The translations under genes and the position numbers were made by a program. Shown here piece after piece: positions 1 to 7,886 of a stretch of 26,710 nt of DNA. This DNA is from a virus (lineage: Duplodnaviria > Heunggongvirae > Uroviricota > Caudoviricetes), in IMG/VR virus record IMGVR_UViG_2974578326_000001, positions 1 to 26,710 of that record, one strand, 5' to 3'. The stretch's first letter is position 1. Every line of letters begins with the position of its first letter. Below the pieces are notes generated by a model. That model was not told the origin of the DNA. It did no database searches and saw only the letters and a list, made by a program, of their open reading frames with translations.

Positions 1-35
1 GATAGACGTATTCAATGAGGATATCCGGAGGAACT

Positions 36-1526
36 ATGGATTTCGATTTAGATAATATTGACATCGATAGTCTCCCAGAATCTGTGAAATGGGAAATAAT
101 TGATTTACTTGAAGAAAGAGAAAAAGTAATAATGTATAATCAAGTAGATAAATTTAAACCATACCCATTTCAGAAAGAGTTTTATGCTGCCAGTAAGAAG
201 TATAAAAGGCGTTTCCTGTGCGCGGCTAACCGTGTTGGTAAGTCGTTCTCGGAAGCAGTAGAGGTGTACTATCATTTGTCAGGACTTTATCCAGATTGGT
301 GGGAAGGCCATCGCTTTAATAAACCCATTCTTCTATGGGCTGTAGGTATTACAGGTGATTCAACAAGGAAGGTACTACAAAAGGAACTATTTGGAACACC
401 GATGGGGAAAGATAAGGATGCATTGGGAACAGGCGCAATCCCTAGAGAACTGATTGACATTGAGAGCTTAGAAAAAGACGGGAACATCATCAAAATTGCT
501 AAGATCAAGCATTTTGACGCGAATGGTGATTTCGACGGTTGGTCTACGCTGGAATTCCGCTCAACTCAACAGGGTGAACACGTCCTTATGGGAGCCACGG
601 TTGATTACATTTGGCTAGATGAAGAAGATCCGTTTAAGTCCATGCAAATATATGCTCAGTGTGTAACTCGTACAGCCACTACAGGTGGTTTGATTACGAT
701 TACTGCTACACCTGAGAATGGACTTACATCGCTTGTTGATTTATTCATGAAGAATGACAAGGGTTATTTATATTTTCAGAATGCTACTTGGGATGATGCA
801 CCGCACTTAGACGAAGAAACTAAAAAAGAATTGCTTGCAAGTATTCCAGAATGGCAACATGAAATGAGGAGCAGAGGTATTCCTATGATGGGTGAAGGTT
901 TAATTTATGACATAAATGAGGCTGAAATTACTGTAACACCGTTTGATATTCCTTCACATTGGAAGAGAGTTTGTGCAGTGGATATTGGTATCAGTCACGA
1001 TACAGCAGCAGTTTGGTCGGCATATGATGCCGCAGCTGATACAGTCTATATTTATGATTGCTATCATGCACAAGCAGGTGTACCATCGTTACATGCTACA
1101 GCAATAAATTCTAGAGGAACGTGGATACCTGTTATTTTACCACACGATGCAGACAATACTGAAAGAGGATCAGGGCGTTCAGTTGCTTCATACTATAGAG
1201 AAGCATCTGTAAATGTTATGCCAGAAACATTCTATAATCCTATTGATTGGGATGGAAACAAAAATAACTTTGTTGAACCAGGGATTATGAATATGTTACA
1301 AAGAATGAAGACTGGACGTTTAAAAGTGTTTAGCACATGTGGTCGATTCTTCGAAGAAATGAGAAGATATCACAGAAAAGACGGTAAGATTGTTAAGAAG
1401 TTTGATGACACCATGGACGCAGCTAGATACTCTGTCTTATCAGTGGTTCATCGTGGTGTAAGTGAAGGTGAAGCTAACGCTGGATACAAAGCATCCTTTA
1501 ATGATGGATGGAATTGGAACTACTAA
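36..1526 (+). CDS. terL: Terminase large subunit (496 aa)
   Basis: Walker A AANRVGKS, Walker B YIWLDEE, coupling motif ITATP, RNase H-like nuclease acidic motifs (AVDIG; DDTMDAARY). Start moved from ORF-track 15 to ATG 36, which follows SD GGAGG at 27-31. Confidence 0.96.
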   Translation: MDFDLDNIDIDSLPESVKWEIIDLLEEREKVIMYNQVDKFKPYPFQKEFYAASKKYKRRFLCAANRVGKSFSEAVEVYYHLSGLYPDWWEGHRFNKPILLWAVGITGDSTRKVLQKELFGTPMGKDKDALGTGAIPRELIDIESLEKDGNIIKIAKIKHFDANGDFDGWSTLEFRSTQQGEHVLMGATVDYIWLDEEDPFKSMQIYAQCVTRTATTGGLITITATPENGLTSLVDLFMKNDKGYLYFQNATWDDAPHLDEETKKELLASIPEWQHEMRSRGIPMMGEGLIYDINEAEITVTPFDIPSHWKRVCAVDIGISHDTAAVWSAYDAAADTVYIYDCYHAQAGVPSLHATAINSRGTWIPVILPHDADNTERGSGRSVASYYREASVNVMPETFYNPIDWDGNKNNFVEPGIMNMLQRMKTGRLKVFSTCGRFFEEMRRYHRKDGKIVKKFDDTMDAARYSVLSVVHRGVSEGEANAGYKASFNDGWNWNY

Positions 1527-1543
1527 AGATAAGGGGTTTACTT

Positions 1544-3724
1544 ATGACTTATGATGTCATCACAGGAAATGTGCAATTAGACGAAGATACGTTGTCAACA
1601 CTTCAGGCACAGCTTTCTATATACTTTAATTCCGCTATAGGTTATCACGAAGGAGAATTAGGTGTCAGAGCTCGTACTGGGTGGGAATATTATTATGGTA
1701 ATCTACCGGAGCCAGTAACTGTTGGCTCTTCTAAATGGGTAGATCGCAGTGTATGGGAGAGTTGTAACGGGGTACTACAAGAATTAATTAGTGTTTTCAC
1801 TAGTTCAGAAAATGCTGTACGCTTCTCTCCTATGTATGCTAAAGATGCTGTACATGCTATGGCATCTACAAAGATGGTTAATCAGATTTTGTTACGAGAT
1901 AACGAAGGTTATAACGTTCTCCACGACGCTTTTAAAGAGTGTCTAGTTACTCGTAACTCTTTTATTAAAAGATATTGGAAAACTACAAAACAAATGTTCA
2001 CTGAAGAATTTGAGGGTATGACTAAGGATGAATTAGACACATACTTGGCAGGTTTGGATGGTGACATTATAGAATTCTCTTCTGAAGTGGTCAAAGATAT
2101 AAAAATAAAAGAAGACGGATCAGAACAAGAAGTCGAAGACTCCGAAGAAGGTGAATTTGAAGAAGAACAAGATTATTTTAAAGGTTATGTAGTTTATGAG
2201 AAGACTAAAGAGGGTGTTTGTGTAGAATATGTACCTTTTGAACAAATTCTTATTGAACCAACTGCTAAGTCTTTACATGATGCTAACTTTATTGCACATC
2301 GTGTTCGTAAAACAAAAGATGAGTTGTTAATTATGGGGTTTGATGAAGATATTGTAGAAGAGATTACTTCTGCATCTTCAGACATTGATGCGGGTGTTAT
2401 TGCTAACTCACGTGTTAATAATATGAACCCAATTAACGTAAGTGATGTAGTTATGGCTGGTGATAATAAAGCTGATAAGCTTTGGTTACACGAAAACTAT
2501 ATTAAAACATCATTAAGCGATAATAGATTACAAATTTTACAAGTATTTACTTTGAATGGTCAAATTTTGGAAGTAAATAGGGTTAATGAGTTTCCATTTG
2601 ATACCTTTACACCTTTCCCTATACCTGGTTCTATTTGGGGTGAATCTGTTTTTGATATCACTAAAGATATCCAAGATTTAAATACCTCACTTATTCGTGG
2701 TATGATTGATAATATTATGAATGCTAACTTCCGTAGGTATGAAGCTGTTAAGGGTCAGTATGATCGTGAATCCTTGCTTAACAACAGACCTGGTGCTGTT
2801 ATCGAAGTAATGACTCAAGGTGCAGTTACTCCTTTCCAACACCATCAATTGCCTAATGGTATTGAAGGGTTGTTAGAATATGTCAATTCTAAGAAGGAAG
2901 AAAGAACAGGAGTTAGTAGGGTTGGTCAAGGCTTAGATCCAAATGTATTTAAAAATGACAACTCAACAGCCACTGTTAACATGGTAATGTCTGCTGCTCA
3001 AAATAGACTAAGAATGGTTGCTAGAAATATCGCACAACGTGGTATGATGTCATTAATGATGTCAATCTATAACCTTGTTCGTATGAATGGAACAGAATCG
3101 ATTTATATTGAAACAGCAACTGGCCCTGTAGAATTAGATCCTAGGAAATTACCAGTTCGTAATGAAATGATTGTTAGTGTTGCTGTTGGTGATGGTGAAA
3201 GAAGAGAAAGGGCTGCGGCTTTACAGAGTGTTCTTATGGCTATGACCTCAGTTCCACAACTTTCACAATTTATGCAACCACAGAATGCCTATTATCTTGC
3301 AACTCAGCTGTTTGAGTCTATGGGTATTTATGATACAGAGAATTATATAACTCCTCTGGATCAAATTCCACCTCCACAGCCTGATCCAATTCAAGAGTTG
3401 ACAATTGATCAAATGAAGAAATCAAATGAGCAAATTGCTGTACAGACTCAGAAGATTCTTACTGATGTTACTGAAGGTCTTAAACGTTTAGAGTTTGAAC
3501 AGATGAAAACTGCTGATGAAATCTCAATCCGTAAAGAGGAATCAAGATCTAATCAAGATGCTCAAGCAGATAAGATGGATTTGGAAGCACAGAAAGTTTC
3601 ATTAGAACGTGCTAAGATTGAACTTGAAAGGGAGAAGTTAGAGTTGGAAAAACAAAGACTTTTACTCGAAGCTCAGATGGAAGCAAGACAAGAGAGGGCT
3701 GTTGCCCTAGATAGGAGACACTAA
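1544..3724 (+). CDS. Portal protein, P22/phiEco32-like, with C-terminal coiled-coil barrel (726 aa)
   Basis: Directly follows terL. Motifs such as KWVDRSVWE, LHDAFKECLVTRNSFIKRYW, ERTGVSRVGQGLD and RLRMVARNIA resemble P22-type portals; long E/K/Q-rich helical C-terminus. Start set at ATG 1544 after SD AAGGGG (1531-1536). Confidence 0.92.
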   Translation: MTYDVITGNVQLDEDTLSTLQAQLSIYFNSAIGYHEGELGVRARTGWEYYYGNLPEPVTVGSSKWVDRSVWESCNGVLQELISVFTSSENAVRFSPMYAKDAVHAMASTKMVNQILLRDNEGYNVLHDAFKECLVTRNSFIKRYWKTTKQMFTEEFEGMTKDELDTYLAGLDGDIIEFSSEVVKDIKIKEDGSEQEVEDSEEGEFEEEQDYFKGYVVYEKTKEGVCVEYVPFEQILIEPTAKSLHDANFIAHRVRKTKDELLIMGFDEDIVEEITSASSDIDAGVIANSRVNNMNPINVSDVVMAGDNKADKLWLHENYIKTSLSDNRLQILQVFTLNGQILEVNRVNEFPFDTFTPFPIPGSIWGESVFDITKDIQDLNTSLIRGMIDNIMNANFRRYEAVKGQYDRESLLNNRPGAVIEVMTQGAVTPFQHHQLPNGIEGLLEYVNSKKEERTGVSRVGQGLDPNVFKNDNSTATVNMVMSAAQNRLRMVARNIAQRGMMSLMMSIYNLVRMNGTESIYIETATGPVELDPRKLPVRNEMIVSVAVGDGERRERAAALQSVLMAMTSVPQLSQFMQPQNAYYLATQLFESMGIYDTENYITPLDQIPPPQPDPIQELTIDQMKKSNEQIAVQTQKILTDVTEGLKRLEFEQMKTADEISIRKEESRSNQDAQADKMDLEAQKVSLERAKIELEREKLELEKQRLLLEAQMEARQERAVALDRRH

Positions 3725-3960
3725 TGAGTAAGGAAATTAACATTGGTCTACTAAAACAATTACATGGGGGAGGACATCTCTCCCAAATTATTGAAGATAT
3801 AAAAACTGATATAATTAAACAGATGATGGCTACTAGAGTTGAAGATACTAATAAAAGAGAGGAACTCTATCAATTAAACCGTGCTATGGATAAAGTTGAA
3901 GCCCAAGTTATCAGTTATATAAATGATGAAATTAGAAAGCAGGAGAACGTTAATGGATAA
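3724..3960 (+). CDS. Small conserved protein between portal and scaffold (78 aa)
   Basis: TAATG stop/start overlap with portal; helical sequence with TRVEDTNKREELY; a gene of this size sits at this position in related podophages. Confidence 0.75.
   Translation: MSKEINIGLLKQLHGGGHLSQIIEDIKTDIIKQMMATRVEDTNKREELYQLNRAMDKVEAQVISYINDEIRKQENVNG
3728..3753 (+). promoter_or_regulatory. Candidate phage-sigma late promoter GTAAgg-N16-ACTA
   Basis: GTAAGG 3728-3733, 16 nt, ACTA 3750-3753; matches the GTAAtg-(16)-aCTA consensus recalled for the phage 7-11 sigma factor; 200 nt upstream of the scaffold start. Confidence 0.5.
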
Positions 3961-5017
3961 TGTAGAACAAGTAGCACAAACAGAGGATATGTTTATTGAT
4001 ACTGAGAATTTTGATTTTACTCAACTAGATGATATTGTTTCTGATTCTAATGAATTAGGTTACAACACAAAACAAACTGGTAAAGATTTAATGAGTAAAG
4101 AAGAAATCTCTGACTTAGAATCTGAGGGTGAAGAAGAGGTTGATGACTTACCTGACTATGAAGATGATGAAGGTGAAGAAGATACTGATGATTTACCACA
4201 TGAAGATGAAGACGAAGATGAAGTCGACGAATCAGATGAAGATGAAGAGGGTGAAGTTGAAGGGGAAACCGAAGAACAAACTGATGAAGAAGTGGATTAT
4301 GAAAATTATGAATTAACACTTCCAACAGGTGAAACAGTTGTCCTTAGTGAACTTGTTAATGGGTATAAAGATCGAAAAGCTTTGGAGGAAGAGCGTGCTC
4401 AGTTTGAACAAGTTCGTGAAGAGTTTACAGCTAAATCAGCTGACATTACTTCCAAACTTGAATTATCAATCCTAGAAGCTGATAAAGTTATCGAAGATTA
4501 TAAAGATTTTGATTGGGAGGATTATCGTAAGAATGACCCAGTTGGATATGTTGAAAACCGTGAATTCTTAGACCGTTATATCAAACGACGTGAAGAGATT
4601 GTTAATGAATATAATGAAACTAAGAAAGCTGAAGAAGAACGAGCTGCTGCTGAGTTCCAAGCTAAAGCTAAAGAAGCTAATACAATTTTAGCACGTGATA
4701 TCCCTGGATGGAACAATGAACTTTATCAACAATTAATGATGTATGCTGTCGAGAATGGTGCAGAAGCAAGTGATATTGCAAACACTGTTGATCCTATGGT
4801 ATTTAAATTACTTCATAAAGCTATGCAGTTTGATAAAGGTAAAAGTGTAGTTAAGGCTAAGGTTCGTAAATTAGGTGCTCCTAAGAAAGTTGTTAAGGCT
4901 GAAGGAAAAGCTACAACAGCTGTTAAACCTGGTAAAACTGCTTTAATTAAGAGATTAGACTCTGCAGATGTGTCAGAACGTGATATTTCTAATGCGTTTT
5001 CTTTCTTAGAAGACTAA
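3953..5017 (+). CDS. Capsid scaffolding protein (354 aa)
   Basis: Lies between portal and capsid genes; very acidic D/E tract, coiled-coil middle, basic C-terminus; DWEDYRKNDP motif. Start set at ATG 3953 after SD AGGAG (3941-3945). Confidence 0.88.
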   Translation: MDNVEQVAQTEDMFIDTENFDFTQLDDIVSDSNELGYNTKQTGKDLMSKEEISDLESEGEEEVDDLPDYEDDEGEEDTDDLPHEDEDEDEVDESDEDEEGEVEGETEEQTDEEVDYENYELTLPTGETVVLSELVNGYKDRKALEEERAQFEQVREEFTAKSADITSKLELSILEADKVIEDYKDFDWEDYRKNDPVGYVENREFLDRYIKRREEIVNEYNETKKAEEERAAAEFQAKAKEANTILARDIPGWNNELYQQLMMYAVENGAEASDIANTVDPMVFKLLHKAMQFDKGKSVVKAKVRKLGAPKKVVKAEGKATTAVKPGKTALIKRLDSADVSERDISNAFSFLED

Positions 5018-5027
5018 TAATGATGAA

Positions 5028-5059
5028 ATAGTGTAATGTAAATTAACACATTGCACTAT
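5028..5059. repeat. 12-bp inverted repeat overlapping the capsid promoter
   Basis: ATAGTGTAATGT (5028-5039), 8-nt loop, ACATTGCACTAT (5048-5059); 11 Watson-Crick pairs plus one G-T. Confidence 0.9.
5033..5058 (+). promoter_or_regulatory. Phage-sigma late promoter GTAATG-N16-ACTA for the major capsid gene
   Basis: Exact match to the recalled 7-11 consensus: GTAATG 5033-5038, ACTA 5055-5058, in the intergenic gap before the capsid gene. Confidence 0.8.
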
Positions 5060-5081
5060 ATTAATATGTTGACACAAGATG

Positions 5082-5115
5082 ATTGACCTTGAGATTACAA
5101 GGTCTTGGGGTCAAT
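5082..5115 (+). other. RNA hairpin in the capsid mRNA leader
   Basis: 5082-5096 pairs contiguously with 5101-5115 (15 bp, 5 G-U, ACAA loop); alternative perfect 7-bp stem GACCTTG/CAAGGTC (5085-5091 / 5098-5104). Confidence 0.65.
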
Positions 5116-5152
5116 AAATAAAATATGTTTAATTACAGAGGGGAATTCTCTA

Positions 5153-6109
5153 ATGGCTGATAATACTTTAATTTCTTATGATTTGAATGGTAAAAAACTA
5201 TCATTCGCTAACTGGATTTCTAACCTGTCTCCAACTGAAACACCTTTCGTTTCAATGACTGGTAAAGAAGCAATTAATCAGACTCTGTTCCAATGGCAGA
5301 CTGATACATTAGGTCAAGTAGACCTTAACAACGCAGTAGCGGAAGGCTCACCTGCTGAAGATAAAGAACGAAAATCAACAACTGTGTTAAGTAATATCAC
5401 ACAGATTCTTCGTAAGGTAGTAAAAGTTTCTGATACAGCTAACGCATTAGCTAACTATGGTCGTGGTAAAGAACTACAGTACCAAATGGAAAAAGCTGGT
5501 AAAGAAATTAAGCGTGACTTAGAAGCAATCTTCCTGAACAATGGTGCTCGTGTTGATGGTACTGGCCCAGGTTTAGGTGATGCAGGTACTGCTCGTAAAA
5601 CTGCTGGTTTCAAAGCTTTAGTTGCTGCTAAAGATGCAGCTGATACTGATACTGGTGCAGTTGTTCACAAAGAAGCAGAATTAAATGAAGAATCACTATT
5701 TGATTTAACTTACAACTTGTACTTATCTGGTTCTAATGCTAATATCATCATGTTCCACCCTAAACACGCTAGCTTCTTCGCTTCGTTGATGGAAACATCT
5801 GCTGCTGGTTCAAACCGTATGAAGATGTTTGATGGCCCAGAAACACGTTTCAAAAAATATGTTTCTAGTATTGTAGACCCATTAGGTCAAGAGTACAAAT
5901 TGATTCCTAACCGTTTCATGCCACAAGATGCGATTTACTTCTTCGCTCCTAGTGATTGGACTCAAATGGTGTTACGTGCTCCACAACGTACTAAGCTTGC
6001 TAAAGATGGTTCATATGAGAAATGGATGGTTGAAATGGAAGTAGGTCTTCGCCACCGTAACCCATATGCTTCTGGTATCTTAGCTGTTAAGGCTGGTGAG
6101 GGAAAGTAA
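5153..6109 (+). CDS. Major capsid protein, phiEco32/SU10 family (318 aa)
   Basis: Follows scaffold. Motifs SYDLNGKKLSFANWISNLSPTETPF, FQWQTDTL, NITQILRKVVKVSDTA and GKELQYQMEKAGKEIKRDLE are typical of this HK97-fold family. Start set at ATG 5153 after SD GAGGGG (5138-5143). Confidence 0.93.
   Translation: MADNTLISYDLNGKKLSFANWISNLSPTETPFVSMTGKEAINQTLFQWQTDTLGQVDLNNAVAEGSPAEDKERKSTTVLSNITQILRKVVKVSDTANALANYGRGKELQYQMEKAGKEIKRDLEAIFLNNGARVDGTGPGLGDAGTARKTAGFKALVAAKDAADTDTGAVVHKEAELNEESLFDLTYNLYLSGSNANIIMFHPKHASFFASLMETSAAGSNRMKMFDGPETRFKKYVSSIVDPLGQEYKLIPNRFMPQDAIYFFAPSDWTQMVLRAPQRTKLAKDGSYEKWMVEMEVGLRHRNPYASGILAVKAGEGK
6100..6106 (+). other. -1 programmed ribosomal frameshift slippery site G GGA AAG
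   Basis: X XXY YYZ heptamer identical to the lambda G-T slip site, immediately before the capsid stop TAA (6107-6109). The -1 frame has TGA at 6097-6099 just upstream and is then open to 6615. Confidence 0.88.
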
Positions 6110-6615
6110 CAAGCCAGCCCAAAGACGTAACGATTGAGGTTGGTGACTCACTCACTCTGAGTGCAGACGCTGATAAGTATAATAGTGTTCAGTGGTTCAA
6201 GGATGACAAGGAAGTCTCCGGTGCCACTGGCACTACTTATACAAAAGAGAACGTTACTCTCGGTGACGCAGGTAAATACAAAGCTGTGTTTACAGGCTCC
6301 TATGGTAAGTTAGAAACCAATACTGCTACTGTAACGGTTAACGAAAAAACTGTAGAAGTTGAATCAGTTGAGTTAGATACGATTACGGCTGAGGTTAAGA
6401 TTGGTGAAACCATTGATTTAAAAGCAACTGTTAAACCAGATGGTGCAACTGATAAAAAACTTACTTGGAAGTCCTCTGACAATAAACTAGCTACTGTAAC
6501 ACAGACTGGTAAAGTTAAGGGCGTTTCTGAAGGCGAGGTTAAGATTACTGCTACAAGCTCAAACGGTAAATCCGCAGAAGCTACTGTAACAGTTAGTAAA
6601 CCAGATACAGAGTAA
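6106..6615 (+). CDS. Frameshift extension of the capsid protein: I-set-like Ig domain plus Big_2 Ig domain (169 aa; fusion about 487 aa)
   Basis: -1 frame reads VTSQPKDVTIEVGDSLTLSADADKYNSVQWFKDDKEVSGATGTTYTKENVTLGDAGKYKAVFTG (W-x-K and D-x-G-x-Y Ig hallmarks) in frame with ORF 6286-6615, which carries Big_2 signatures (LKATVKPDGATDKKLTWKSSDNKLATV, GKVKGVSEG). Confidence 0.88.
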   Translation, partial: VTSQPKDVTIEVGDSLTLSADADKYNSVQWFKDDKEVSGATGTTYTKENVTLGDAGKYKAVFTGSYGKLETNTATVTVNEKTVEVESVELDTITAEVKIGETIDLKATVKPDGATDKKLTWKSSDNKLATVTQTGKVKGVSEGEVKITATSSNGKSAEATVTVSKPDTE

Positions 6616-6640
6616 TTTGAAATACTCTTTCTGATAAATG

Positions 6641-6674
6641 CCGATAAGCTCGAAAGGGTTTATCGGTTTTTTTT
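6641..6674 (+). terminator. Rho-independent terminator after the capsid module
   Basis: 11-bp stem CCGATAAGCTC/GGGTTTATCGG, GAAA tetraloop, T8 tract at 6667-6674. Confidence 0.92.
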
Positions 6675-6697
6675 GATCAAAATATAAGGGGTATCTT

Positions 6698-6970
6698 ATG
6701 TTCAAACTAAACTACCCAATAGAAACAGAAGAGGCTCAAAAATTCTGGGCTTCAAATCACAAATGTAATAGAGTTAAAGCTATAGTAGCTTTCTCTTTGA
6801 ATGAATCCAATGCAAATGATAATCTTCGTAGGTTTGGTTATCCTAGGGCTTTTAGGAAGAGGGTTTTAGATAATTTTTCACAATACATAAACCAACCAGA
6901 TATGAAGAACATCCCAATGAGTGATATGAAAGATTTCTGGTGGGAGGAAATGCCTTATAAAGGAGAATAG
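6698..6970 (+). CDS. Hypothetical protein (90 aa)
   Basis: SD AAGGGG upstream; coupled to the next gene; no recognisable motif. Confidence 0.7.
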   Translation: MFKLNYPIETEEAQKFWASNHKCNRVKAIVAFSLNESNANDNLRRFGYPRAFRKRVLDNFSQYINQPDMKNIPMSDMKDFWWEEMPYKGE

Positions 6971-6972
6971 TT

Positions 6973-7164
6973 ATGTGGGGATTAATTATAAAAGGTATAA
7001 CATTGTTCTTCTCTAATCTTATGATTGTTCTTTTTGGAGAACCTATGGTTAGGTGGATCTTCTTTAAGTTCATGAATTGGTTTGTTAATATAACACCAAC
7101 AGATATTGATAACAAAATATTGAGTAAAATAGAAGAAGAATATAAAAAGAAACACGGAGAATAG
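6973..7164 (+). CDS. Small membrane protein, holin-like candidate (63 aa)
   Basis: SD GGAG at 6962-6965; hydrophobic or amphipathic N-terminal ~38 aa and charged tail (TPTDIDNKILSKIEEEYKKKHGE). The function is inference. Confidence 0.6.
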   Translation: MWGLIIKGITLFFSNLMIVLFGEPMVRWIFFKFMNWFVNITPTDIDNKILSKIEEEYKKKHGE

Positions 7165-7188
7165 TGTAAATTAATCTCAGGAGGATTT

Positions 7189-7884
7189 ATGCAATTTATT
7201 AAGAATTATAAAGATTTGAAAGATTCTGTAAAGCTGTGGCTAAATCGTAGGGATAATGCCACATTAGACAATATTCCAATGTTTATAAACTTTGCAGAAA
7301 AACAATTTACAAGATTAGTCCCTATGCCATATTATGAAGCTAATCTGGAATATAAAGTAGAAGAAGGTAATGGTACATTAATTATACCAAAGGATTTATT
7401 AAAGATAAAACACATAATGGTAAATGGTCAACCATATAACAGATCTGATGTTGAGACATTTATGAGAATGACAAAAAGTGTTAGTTCTAAGAATTCTAAG
7501 AATGAACACTCGGTTGATAAAGATGATGCTATAGCTCTTTCCAATCAATCAGGGTCAACTAGTACAAAAAGTTATTTCTTCACTAGGATTGGAAGTACAT
7601 TACATTTTACACCAACTCCTGTTGATGGAGATGTTATACAACTAATTTACTATAAAGACATACCAGAAATGAAAGATGATGAAGATCAACCTTATTCATT
7701 ACTAATTGCACCTGATGTAATGTTATACTTATCCTTAAGACATGCTTCTATTTGGTTAAGAGATAATGAACAGGAACAATATTGGATGGCTAAAGCACAG
7801 GAAGCTTCTGATTCACTTAAATCACAACTTGATGATGCTGAGTGGTCTGGTTCTGCTCTTGTTGTACCTTACTTTGGAGAATAA
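7189..7884 (+). CDS. Head-tail adaptor (tail tubular protein A-like, 231 aa)
   Basis: SD AGGAGG; N-terminal LKDSVKLWLNRRDNATLDNIPMFINFAE and C-terminal PDVMLYLSL pattern resemble podovirus adaptors; position after the capsid module as in SU10/phiEco32. Confidence 0.8.
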   Translation: MQFIKNYKDLKDSVKLWLNRRDNATLDNIPMFINFAEKQFTRLVPMPYYEANLEYKVEEGNGTLIIPKDLLKIKHIMVNGQPYNRSDVETFMRMTKSVSSKNSKNEHSVDKDDAIALSNQSGSTSTKSYFFTRIGSTLHFTPTPVDGDVIQLIYYKDIPEMKDDEDQPYSLLIAPDVMLYLSLRHASIWLRDNEQEQYWMAKAQEASDSLKSQLDDAEWSGSALVVPYFGE

Positions 7885-7886
7885 TT

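Noticed and set aside
1-53. Possible 3' end of an upstream gene such as small terminase
   Set aside because: Too little sequence to choose a frame or assign a product.
4047-4325. Alternative-frame ORFs over the scaffold acidic tract (4128-4316 plus, 4047-4325 minus)
   Set aside because: By-products of the GAA/GAT-rich low-complexity sequence.
5069-5098. Perfect TTGACA upstream of the capsid gene as a sigma70 promoter
   Set aside because: No acceptable -10 hexamer at 16-18 nt spacing (AGATTA/GATTAC).
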